Below are positions 8,560-18,322 of a stretch of 32,000 bases of DNA, in pieces (the first letter of the stretch is position 1; each line of letters opens with the position of its first letter). The translations under genes and the position numbers were made by a program. The notes under the pieces are model-generated. The model did no database searches. It was not told where the DNA came from and worked only from the letters and a program-made list of their open reading frames with translations. The stretch comes from Candidatus Saccharimonadota bacterium (GTDB taxonomy: Bacteria; Bacteroidota; Bacteroidia; Flavobacteriales; Blattabacteriaceae). The stretch covers positions 1 through 32,000 of the forward strand of contig NZ_CP093908.1 in the NCBI RefSeq assembly GCF_024818015.1, given 5' to 3'.

Positions 8560-9240
8560 ATTACTTTTTTTAACAAATTTTAAATATAGAATTGGAAGTA
8601 TGAAGATACTAAGACTAATTAAAGAAAATGAAATATTGAAAATTTTGCTTTGTAAAAAAAAAGTAAAATAATCATCTGGATAGAGAATCTCATAAATAGA
8701 AATGATTAATTTGATTCCTAATAATATTATTATAATAAATGCAGATTCTTCTAAAGACGAATAGATTTTTTGATATCTTAATATCTTTACTGTACTAATT
8801 CTTATTAAAAAGATACTTATAAAGATTCCTAAAACAATTAATAATGTATTATTGGAATAAGATAATACTCCCAAAATGTTATCTATTGAAAATAAAATAT
8901 CGATTATTTCGATATAAATAATCGTTTTCCAAACTTTAGTTTTCTTTAAGTTTAAAACCATCAATGGTCTTTTTTTAGAGAGAAAATGATTAATTCCTAA
9001 ATATATTAAGTATGAACCCCCAATTATCTTTAACAACCACATTTTCATTATTACAGAAGCAATAAATAAAGAAATTATTCTAAATATAGATGCCCCGATA
9101 ATACCATATTTTAGCGCTTTTTTTCTATCTTCTTTATTCAGGTTACTAACCATAGTAGTTAATATTGCAGCATTATCTATAGATAAGATAGCTTCTATTA
9201 ATACTAAGTTAAAAATTTTACATATAGAATGTAGAGGATT

Positions 9241-10469
<1,229 letters not shown>

Positions 10470-10472
10470 TTA

Positions 10473-10892
10473 TTATTTTGGAATTTCATTTAAAAAAATA
10501 AGAATCTTATTTTTTCTATCAATTTTAAAAATGAGATTATTTATCCAATTAGTTATTATTAAAAAATTAGTTTTAATATAAAAATTATATCTCAGAATTT
10601 GAGATAATACTTTTTGGGAAAAAATACATGAAGATTTACATTCAATAAGAAGATAAGGTTTTTTGTTTTTATAAACGATAATATCTATACGTGTTTTAAC
10701 ATTATTAATTGTAAAATATTTTTCTACAAAAATAGAAGATATATTATAACCTTTATTATATATTAAATAATATAACATATGTTGTCTAACATATTCTTCT
10801 TTAGTAAGAATATAATATTTCTGTCTAATTAGACAATAAATATATGTATTATTATTATGATATTTATATTCAAAGTTATATTTCATTTTCAT
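10473..10892 (-). CDS. Small HsdR-N-terminal-domain-like (PD-(D/E)xK fold) protein of unknown function
   Basis: 139 aa. The pattern LTKEEYVRQH..VEKYFTINNVKTRIDIIVY..LLIECKSS..QILRYN..FLIITNW..FLNEIPK matches the stand-alone ~150-aa flavobacterial family I recall as type I restriction enzyme HsdR N-terminal domain-containing protein (..LTPEEWVRQH..VEK..R.DIVV..LVECKAP..ARYN..VTNG..IP.Y). There is no hsdM, hsdS or helicase nearby. Confidence 0.65.
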   Translation of the reverse strand: MKMKYNFEYKYHNNNTYIYCLIRQKYYILTKEEYVRQHMLYYLIYNKGYNISSIFVEKYFTINNVKTRIDIIVYKNKKPYLLIECKSSCIFSQKVLSQILRYNFYIKTNFLIITNWINNLIFKIDRKNKILIFLNEIPK

Positions 10893-10911
10893 ATTAAATG
10901 TTTTTAAAATT

Positions 10912-11652
10912 ATGGAAAAAAATCTACTTACTATTTATGGAATAAACCCTTTATTTGAAGCAATAAAATATAAAAAAAAAATTTATAAAATATTCATAAT
11001 AAAAAAATTTCTTAATTTTAAATTAAAAAAAATAATAAAATTTTCTTATTTAAAAAAAATTCCACTTTTTGAAAGATTTAATCTTAAAAAAAAGAATAAA
11101 AAGAATCAAAATAATCAAGGAGTGTTTGCAATTATTGATCCTATAGAATTCTATAAAATAGAAGATATAATACCTAATATTTATAATAATGGAAAAATTC
11201 CATTGTTACTAATTTTAGATAGTATAACAGATGTTAGAAATTTTGGTTCTATTGTTAGAACTTCAGCTTGTACTGGTGTAGATGCTATTATTATATCTAA
11301 TAACAATCTAGTAAATAGTGATTCTATCAAAACCTCATCAGGTGGACTTTTTAAAGTCCCAATTTGTAAAGAAAACAATATTATTAAAATAATTAAAATT
11401 TTAAAAAATTATGGAATTCAAATTATAGCTGTAACAGAAAAAACAGATTATATATGCTATAATATTAATTATAGAAATCCTACAGCTTTTCTATTAGGAA
11501 GTGAAGAAAAGGGTATATCAATAAATTATTTATCTATTTGTAATAATAGAGTTAAATTACCTTTAATAAAAAATTCTTTAACATCTTTAAATGTTTCAGT
11601 AGCTTGTGGGGCTCTTTTATATGAAGCTATTAGACAAAGACTTTTTTATTAG
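10912..11652 (+). CDS. rlmB: SpoU/TrmH-family rRNA 2'-O-methyltransferase (RlmB-like)
   Basis: 246 aa. SpoU motifs DVRNFGSIVRTS, LGSEEKGIS and SLNVSVACGALLYE are present. Confidence 0.78.
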   Translation: MEKNLLTIYGINPLFEAIKYKKKIYKIFIIKKFLNFKLKKIIKFSYLKKIPLFERFNLKKKNKKNQNNQGVFAIIDPIEFYKIEDIIPNIYNNGKIPLLLILDSITDVRNFGSIVRTSACTGVDAIIISNNNLVNSDSIKTSSGGLFKVPICKENNIIKIIKILKNYGIQIIAVTEKTDYICYNINYRNPTAFLLGSEEKGISINYLSICNNRVKLPLIKNSLTSLNVSVACGALLYEAIRQRLFY

Positions 11653-12914
11653 ATAAGTATATCAAATAAATCTGGATTATCATTAATATATTGATAATGT
11701 ATATTATAATGTTTCATTTTTTCAATCATTCCTGAAAAATCTTCTTTATCTGATAATTCTATTCCTATTACAGCTGGACCTTCTTCTTTAGAAGTTTTTT
11801 TAGAATATTGAAAATATGTGATATCATCATTGGGACCTAAAATAGTACTTACAAATTCTTTAAGTGCTCCAGCACGTTGAGGAAATCTAACTAAAAAATA
11901 ATGTTTTAATCCTTTATAGATCAAAGATCTTTTTCTAATTTCTTCCGTTCTAATAATATCATTATTTCCTCCACTTAAGATACAGACTACATTTTTATTT
12001 TTGATTTTATCAGAATAAATATCTAATGCTGATATAGATAAAGCACCAGCAGGCTCTGCTACGATTGCTTCTAAATTATATAAATCAAGTATTGTTGTAC
12101 AAACTTTACCTTCATGTAAAGGTTTTATATCATATAAAACTTTTTTACAAATATTAAAATTTAATAATCCTACTTTTTTTACAGATGCACCATCTATAAA
12201 TTTATCTATATTTTTTAATTCAATTACTTTATTTTCAATAAATGAAAAACTCATAGAAGGCGCTCCTTTAGGTTCTACACCTATTATTTTAGTATATGGA
12301 CTTATATGATAAAAATAACTTCCAACTCCAGAAGCTAATCCACCACCTCCAACAGGGAGAAAAATATAATCTATCTTATCTTTCATTTGTTGTAAAATTT
12401 CTAATCCTACTGTTCCTTGTCCTTCTATAATTCTTTTATCATCAAATGGATGTATCAATTTTTTTTTCTCTTTTTTACAAGATTTAAATGCTTTATAACT
12501 ACATTCATCAAATGTATCTCCTGTTAAGATTATATTAATATAATGTTTTCCAAACATTTTAACTCTATCTATTTTTTGTTTGGGAGTAGTTATAGGCATA
12601 TATATTGTACCAAATATTTTTAATTTATTACATGAATATGCTACACCTTGTGCATGATTACCTGCACTTGCACATACAATCCCATTTTTCAGATCATCAT
12701 TTGATATACTTTTAATTTTATTGTATGCACCTCTAATTTTATATGATCTTACGATTTGTAAATCTTCTCTTTTTAAGAAAATATTACATTTATATTTTTC
12801 TGATAAAATTGTATTTTTTTGTAAAGGAGTATTATAGATTATATCTTTTAATATATATTTTGCTTCTATTATATCTTTAACTGATGGAAAATATTCGTTT
12901 ATTGATGAATTCAC
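11649..12914 (-). CDS. ilvA: Threonine ammonia-lyase (threonine dehydratase), biosynthetic
   Basis: 421 aa. The PLP-lysine region is FLKREDLQIVRSYKIRGAYN, with SAGNHAQGVA and GGGGLASG. The C-terminal ACT-like regulatory domain is present. Confidence 0.92.
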   Translation of the reverse strand: MNSSINEYFPSVKDIIEAKYILKDIIYNTPLQKNTILSEKYKCNIFLKREDLQIVRSYKIRGAYNKIKSISNDDLKNGIVCASAGNHAQGVAYSCNKLKIFGTIYMPITTPKQKIDRVKMFGKHYINIILTGDTFDECSYKAFKSCKKEKKKLIHPFDDKRIIEGQGTVGLEILQQMKDKIDYIFLPVGGGGLASGVGSYFYHISPYTKIIGVEPKGAPSMSFSFIENKVIELKNIDKFIDGASVKKVGLLNFNICKKVLYDIKPLHEGKVCTTILDLYNLEAIVAEPAGALSISALDIYSDKIKNKNVVCILSGGNNDIIRTEEIRKRSLIYKGLKHYFLVRFPQRAGALKEFVSTILGPNDDITYFQYSKKTSKEEGPAVIGIELSDKEDFSGMIEKMKHYNIHYQYINDNPDLFDILI

Positions 12915-12940
12915 TTATTTAGAAATTAAATATTATTAAA

Positions 12941-12974
12941 AGGCTTATTTTTTTACTTTATTTAAAATAAGCCT
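12941..12974 (-). terminator. 11-bp stem / 12-nt loop hairpin between ilvC and ilvA, followed on the minus strand by a U-rich tract (possible terminator or mRNA-stabilising hairpin)
   Basis: aggcttatttt (12941-12951) is the exact reverse complement of aaaataagcct (12964-12974). On the minus-strand transcript it is followed by TTTAATAATATTTAATTT. The function is not established. Confidence 0.3.
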
Positions 12975-12986
12975 AAACTAAATTAA

Positions 12987-14021
12987 TTATGGTCTTAGTT
13001 TACGTACTATTTCACCTGTTTTCCATAATTCACTTTCTTTAATTTCTTTTAATTCTTTTTTAAGATTTTCTCTATAATCATTTTTACTATTTGATAGTAT
13101 CGTTTTTTCAGCTTCTTTTCCTGAAGAAACTTCTTTATAAAGATTTCTGAATATAGGAAGATTAATATCTCTAAATTTTTTCCACCAATCTAAAGCTCCT
13201 CTTTGTGCAGTTGTAGAACAATTTTCATACATCCAATCCATTCCTTTTTCTGCTATTAAAGGCATCAGACTTTGTGTTAATTCTTCTACAGTTTCATTAA
13301 ATGCTTCTGATGGAGAATGACCATTTTCTCTTAAAACTTGATATTGAGCAGAAAAAATTCCTTGTATAGCACCCATTAAAGTGCCTCTCTCTCCTGTTAA
13401 ATCAGAATAAACTTCTTTTTGAAACGTTGTTTCAAATAAATAAGCTGATCCTATTCCAATTCCTATTGAAAAAGCTCTTTGTTTTGCTTTTCCAGTATAA
13501 TTTTGATATATAGCATAACTTGAATTAAGACCTTTTCCTTCTTTGAAGAGTCTTCTTAAACTAGTTCCTGACCCTTTTGGGGCAACAAGAAATATATCTA
13601 TATTTTTGGGAGGTACAATATTTGTTTTTTTATTAAAAGTTAATCCAAAACCATGTGAAAAATATAAACCTTTTCCTTCAGAAAAAGATTTTTGAATTTT
13701 TGGCCATACTGCAATTTGCCCAGCATCAGATAATAAAAACATTATTATTGTACTTTTTTCTACTCCTTCTTCTATAGAAAATAATGTTTTATTTTCTATC
13801 CAACCATCTTGTAAAGCCTTTTCCCATGATTTTGAATTTTTTCTTTGCCCGACTATTACATTAAATCCATTATCACGTAAATTAAGTGCTTGTCCAGGAC
13901 CTTGAACTCCATAACCTAATACACATATAGTTTCATTTAAAAGAAAATCTATAGCTTTTTCTAAAGAAAAATCTTTTCTTGTTATAATTTCTTCTTCTAT
14001 ATTTCCAAATTTTAATTTCAT
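12987..14021 (-). CDS. ilvC: Ketol-acid reductoisomerase (class I)
   Basis: 344 aa with GYGVQGPGQALNLRDNG and conserved C-terminal knotted-domain blocks. Confidence 0.95.
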   Translation of the reverse strand: MKLKFGNIEEEIITRKDFSLEKAIDFLLNETICVLGYGVQGPGQALNLRDNGFNVIVGQRKNSKSWEKALQDGWIENKTLFSIEEGVEKSTIIMFLLSDAGQIAVWPKIQKSFSEGKGLYFSHGFGLTFNKKTNIVPPKNIDIFLVAPKGSGTSLRRLFKEGKGLNSSYAIYQNYTGKAKQRAFSIGIGIGSAYLFETTFQKEVYSDLTGERGTLMGAIQGIFSAQYQVLRENGHSPSEAFNETVEELTQSLMPLIAEKGMDWMYENCSTTAQRGALDWWKKFRDINLPIFRNLYKEVSSGKEAEKTILSNSKNDYRENLKKELKEIKESELWKTGEIVRKLRP

Positions 14022-14026
14022 AAATT

Positions 14027-14278
14027 TTATTTTAAATTATAAAAATAAATTTTTTTTATTCCTAAAATTCTTTTTATTTGTTTAATAATTTTATTAAAAT
14101 AATATATTTTATAATTTGTTATTTCAATTTTTATAATGTATACATAATTAGTATATAATTTTTTATTTATTAAAATAATATTATTAATCTTAATATTTCT
14201 TCTATTAAAGATTAGAATCATTCTTATTAATAAACCTATTATATTATCTGATATAATTATTATATTAATTTTTTTCAT
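14027..14278 (-). CDS. ilvN: Acetolactate synthase small (regulatory) subunit, reduced to about one ACT domain
   Basis: 83 aa. It lies immediately downstream of ilvB with an ATGA start/stop overlap (14275-14278). The pattern IIIISDNIIGLLIRMILIFNRRNIKINNI....IIKIEI......KIIKQIKRILGIKKI follows the ACT-domain layout of IlvN/IlvH (L.V.N.PGVL.RV.GLF.RRG.NI.SL......SR.T..V......EQI.KQL.KL.DV.KV). The sequence is heavily AT-biased, so the identification rests partly on position. Confidence 0.55.
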   Translation of the reverse strand: MKKINIIIISDNIIGLLIRMILIFNRRNIKINNIILINKKLYTNYVYIIKIEITNYKIYYFNKIIKQIKRILGIKKIYFYNLK

Positions 14279-15975
14279 AAAATTAATCTAATCTCCTCTA
14301 TAGAATCCCCAGGAGGAATCATAGGAAAAATATTATATTCTTTTTCTATAATTATTTCAAGTAAATATGAATTTGTTTGATTTAACATCATTTTAATATA
14401 TTTTTTTAATTTTTTTCTATAAAGAATTTTTTTAGACTTTATTCCATAAGCTTCACCAATTTTAATAAAATCTGGATTGACAATATTAGTATGTGAGTAT
14501 CTTCTTTCAAAGAATAATTCTTGCCATTGTCTCACCATTCCTAAAAAATTATTATTTAATATAATTATATTTAGAGAGATCTGTTGTTGCAGAATAGTAC
14601 CTAATTCTTGTAGAGTCATTTGAATTCCTCCATCTCCCACTACACATATTATTTGACTATTTTTAGCACCTATTTTAGCACCTATAGAGGCTGGTAAAGC
14701 AAACCCCATTGTTCCCAATCCACCAGAAGTAATTTGACTTTTCTGACAAGTAAAATTAAAATATCTAGAAGCAGACATTTGATGTTGTCCTACATCTGTT
14801 ACTAAAACACTATTATCTTTTTTATATAAATTAATACAATTAATAACTTCACCCATAGTTATTCCTCTATTAAGAGGATATAAATCATATTTTATAACTT
14901 TTTTTTTTTCTTTTTTTTTTAAAAAATTAAATTTTTCTATCCAATGATGATTAATTTTTAGATCTCTATTAAGATTAGATAATAATTGTTTTAAAATCTT
15001 TTTACAATTTCCTAATAAAAATATATTTGTATTAAGATTCTTATTAATTTCATATTCATCTATATCTATATGAATAATCTTAGATTCTTTAGCATATTTA
15101 GTTATATTTCCGGTAACTCTATCATCAAAACGCATTCCTATTGCTATTATTACATCCGATTGGTTTGTTAACATATTAGGTGCATAATGCCCATGCATTC
15201 CTAACATTCCCATGTTTAAAATATTTCCTGTTTTTAACACACATAACCCTAAAAGGGTACTAGCTGCAGGAATATTAGTTTTTTCTATAAATTTTTGTAA
15301 TTCTTTTTCTGCATTAGCTAAAATTACTCCTTGCCCAATAAGAATAAAAGGTTGACTAGAATTCTTAATAACAGTAGCTGCTTTTTTTATTCTTTTTCGA
15401 TTTATACTTTTTTTATAAAAAATTTTATTTATTTTAATAAATTTTTTATATTCTAAATTTGAGAATTCTAGTTGTGCATCTTTTGTAATATCTATTAGAA
15501 CTGGACCTGGTCTTCCAGATTTAGCTATCAAAAAACCTTTTGATATAATATATGATATATCTTTAGCTTTTGTTACTTGATAATTCCATTTTGTAACAGG
15601 TAGAGAGATATCTATTATATCAGTTTCTTGAAATGCATCAGTACCTAATAAATTAGATGAAACTTGTCCAGTAATGCATAGTATTGCTGTACTATCTATT
15701 AACGAATCCGCTAAGCCAGTAATTAAATTTGTTGCTCCTGGACCTGAAGTAGTAAAACATACGCCAACTTTTCCACTAACTCTAGCATAACCTTGAGCGG
15801 CATGTATAGCACCTTGTTCATGACGTGTTAAAATATGTGATATATGTTTTTTATAAAAAAATAATGCATCATATATAGGCATAATAGCGCCTCCAGGATA
15901 TCCAAATATATATTTAGTATTTTCAATAATCAGTGTTTTTATTATAATTTCTGATCCTTTCATCTCATGATTCAT
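14275..15975 (-). CDS. ilvB: Acetolactate synthase large subunit
   Basis: FGYPGGAIMPIYDAL is present, as is the ThDP motif VVGDGGIQMTLQELGT. The start is placed at Met 15975 (MNHEMKGSE), just after the ilvD stop. The alternatives at 15996 or 15963 cannot be excluded. Confidence 0.93.
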   Translation of the reverse strand: MNHEMKGSEIIIKTLIIENTKYIFGYPGGAIMPIYDALFFYKKHISHILTRHEQGAIHAAQGYARVSGKVGVCFTTSGPGATNLITGLADSLIDSTAILCITGQVSSNLLGTDAFQETDIIDISLPVTKWNYQVTKAKDISYIISKGFLIAKSGRPGPVLIDITKDAQLEFSNLEYKKFIKINKIFYKKSINRKRIKKAATVIKNSSQPFILIGQGVILANAEKELQKFIEKTNIPAASTLLGLCVLKTGNILNMGMLGMHGHYAPNMLTNQSDVIIAIGMRFDDRVTGNITKYAKESKIIHIDIDEYEINKNLNTNIFLLGNCKKILKQLLSNLNRDLKINHHWIEKFNFLKKKEKKKVIKYDLYPLNRGITMGEVINCINLYKKDNSVLVTDVGQHQMSASRYFNFTCQKSQITSGGLGTMGFALPASIGAKIGAKNSQIICVVGDGGIQMTLQELGTILQQQISLNIIILNNNFLGMVRQWQELFFERRYSHTNIVNPDFIKIGEAYGIKSKKILYRKKLKKYIKMMLNQTNSYLLEIIIEKEYNIFPMIPPGDSIEEIRLIL

Positions 15976-15977
15976 AA

Positions 15978-17651
15978 TTACATATCTGTTACACATCCAT
16001 TATAAGCAGATGATACAGTTTTTGTATACTTATATAAATAACCTGAATTTACTCTCAAAGGTGGAGCAATTAAAAATTTTTTTCTATTTTTTATTTCTTT
16101 TTTTGAGATTTTTAAGGTTATAGTATTCCTTATTGCATCAATTATTATAATATCTCCATTTTCTATTAAAGCAATTAATCCTCCATTTTGAGCTTCTGGA
16201 GTAATATGACCTACTACAAATCCATGAGATCCTCCTGAAAATCTACCATCAGTTATTAAAGCAATTTTTTTACTTAAATTAGCCCCCATTATATAAGAAG
16301 TAGGTTTAAGCATTTCAGGCATTCCTGGACCTCCTCTGGGACCTACATATCTAATTACTATTACATCTCCTTCTTTAATTTTCTTATCAATTATTGCTTT
16401 ATTAGCAGAGTTTTCTGAATTAAAAACTTGTGCAAATCCTGAAAAAATATCACCTTCTTTTCCAGTAATTTTAGCAACAGCCCCATAAGGTGCTAGATTA
16501 CCATATATAATACGTATATGCCCATTTTTTTTTATAGGTCTTAATAAAGGATAGATAATTTTTTCTTTAAAAGAAATATCAGGTATATTTTCTAAATTTT
16601 TTTTTATTGTGTTTCCGGTTACAGTAAGACAATCTCCTTCTATATATCCTTCTTTTAATAAATATTTTATAATTATAGGAATACCTCCCATAGATTGTAT
16701 ATCTTCCATTAAAAAATCTCCACTTGGTTTTAAATTAGCTATAATTGGAACATTATTATTTAGATTTTTAATCTCATTTAATTTTAGATCTAAATTAGCA
16801 GTTTTAGCTATTGCTAAAATATGTATTACTAAATTTGTTGATCCTCCTAAGGCTATTGCTAGAGTTATAGCATTTTTTATAGATTTATAAGTAATAATAT
16901 CCAATGGTTTAATATTATTTTTTAAAATATTATTTATATAATAACCTATATTAATACATTCTTTTTTTTTAAAGCTAGTATTAGCTAATGATGAAGATGA
17001 ATATGGAATTGTAATTCCCATTGCTTCAAGACAAGAAGCCATTGTATTAGCTGTATACATTCCTCCACAAGCTCCAGGACCAGGGCAAGCATGTTTAATT
17101 ATATTTTTATATTCTAATTCTGTAATTTTCCCTATATTTTTTTCTCCTAAAGCTTCAAAAGCAGAAACTATATTTAATTTTTTCCCATTATAATATCCTG
17201 ATGATATACTACCTCCATATACTAATATAGAAGGTCTATTCATACGTAACATTGCCATAACTATTCCAGGGATATTTTTATCACATCCTGGAATTCCTAT
17301 TAATCCATCATAATGGTGAGTTTTAACAACACTTTCTATACTATCAGCTATTAATTCTCTTGATGGTAAAGAATATCTCATTCCTGATGTTCCCATAGAC
17401 ATACCATCACTAATTCCTATAGTATTAAATTTAAAACCCACCATCCCATTTTTTTTTATAGATGATTTTATATTATTACTAATAATATGTAAATGCATAT
17501 TACATGGATTACCTTCATACCAATTACTAACTATGCCAACTTGAGCTTTATTAAAATCATATTCTTTTAACCCAGTAGCATACAGCATTGCTTGTGCAGC
17601 AGGTAAAGTATTATTTTTAGTTAATTTAATACTAAATGTATTATTCGCCAT
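15978..17651 (-). CDS. ilvD: Dihydroxy-acid dehydratase
   Basis: 557 aa. GIPGCDKNIPG, ITDGRFSGGSHG and GPGMPEML are present. Confidence 0.95.
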   Translation of the reverse strand: MANNTFSIKLTKNNTLPAAQAMLYATGLKEYDFNKAQVGIVSNWYEGNPCNMHLHIISNNIKSSIKKNGMVGFKFNTIGISDGMSMGTSGMRYSLPSRELIADSIESVVKTHHYDGLIGIPGCDKNIPGIVMAMLRMNRPSILVYGGSISSGYYNGKKLNIVSAFEALGEKNIGKITELEYKNIIKHACPGPGACGGMYTANTMASCLEAMGITIPYSSSSLANTSFKKKECINIGYYINNILKNNIKPLDIITYKSIKNAITLAIALGGSTNLVIHILAIAKTANLDLKLNEIKNLNNNVPIIANLKPSGDFLMEDIQSMGGIPIIIKYLLKEGYIEGDCLTVTGNTIKKNLENIPDISFKEKIIYPLLRPIKKNGHIRIIYGNLAPYGAVAKITGKEGDIFSGFAQVFNSENSANKAIIDKKIKEGDVIVIRYVGPRGGPGMPEMLKPTSYIMGANLSKKIALITDGRFSGGSHGFVVGHITPEAQNGGLIALIENGDIIIIDAIRNTITLKISKKEIKNRKKFLIAPPLRVNSGYLYKYTKTVSSAYNGCVTDM

Positions 17652-18319
17652 TAAATTTGTATAAAGTTTTTTTTGAAGACTTGAATAAAAAAGATTTTAA
17701 ATCTACTTGGGTTTATCAAAACAAAATATTTTATATTATAATTAATATTAAAATCTATAATAGATTTTTTAAAAAAATAATAAAAATTGTACCTAATTAT
17801 TTATTATTTGTAGAACACAACAATGTTTATACATTAGGTAAAATAGGATCATATAAAAATTTATTATTGAATAATAAAAATCTTATAATTTATAAAATTG
17901 ATAGAGGAGGAGATATTACATATCATGGTCCAGGTCAATTAGTTTGTTATCCTATATTTGATATTATTAATTTGTCTTTAGACATAAATAAATATTTACG
18001 TCTTATTGAAGAAGTTATAATTCAACTTATATATAATTATTGTGTTAAAGGATATAGAATTTATCATGAAACAGGGGTATGGGTATATACTAGGAAAATA
18101 TGTGCAATTGGTATTAAAGTAAGTAGATTTGTAACAATGCATGGTTTTGCGTTAAATGTAAATACAGATTTAAGTTATTTTCAGAATATAATTCCATGTG
18201 GAATAAAAAAAAGTGTTACATCACTAAATGTAGAAAAAATAAATCATATTGATATTTTGGAAGTAAAATTAATTTTTAAAAATAAAATAAATTTTTTATT
18301 TCAAATTAAATTTCTTTAA
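17636..18319 (+). CDS. lipB: Octanoyl-[ACP]:protein N-octanoyltransferase
   Basis: RGGDITYHGPGQLVCYP, KICAIGIKV and IIPCGI are present. ATG 17636 overlaps the ilvD start (17651) by 16 nt on the other strand. An in-frame TTG at 17657 is a non-overlapping alternative start. Confidence 0.88.
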   Translation: MYYSPLNLYKVFFEDLNKKDFKSTWVYQNKIFYIIINIKIYNRFFKKIIKIVPNYLLFVEHNNVYTLGKIGSYKNLLLNNKNLIIYKIDRGGDITYHGPGQLVCYPIFDIINLSLDINKYLRLIEEVIIQLIYNYCVKGYRIYHETGVWVYTRKICAIGIKVSRFVTMHGFALNVNTDLSYFQNIIPCGIKKSVTSLNVEKINHIDILEVKLIFKNKINFLFQIKFL

Positions 18320-18322
18320 ATT

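Noticed and set aside
10473-10892. HsdR-N-like ORF as evidence of a type I restriction-modification or defence island
   Set aside because: There are no hsdM or hsdS genes, no helicase/nuclease body, and no other defence genes nearby. The ORF matches the stand-alone small-protein family instead.
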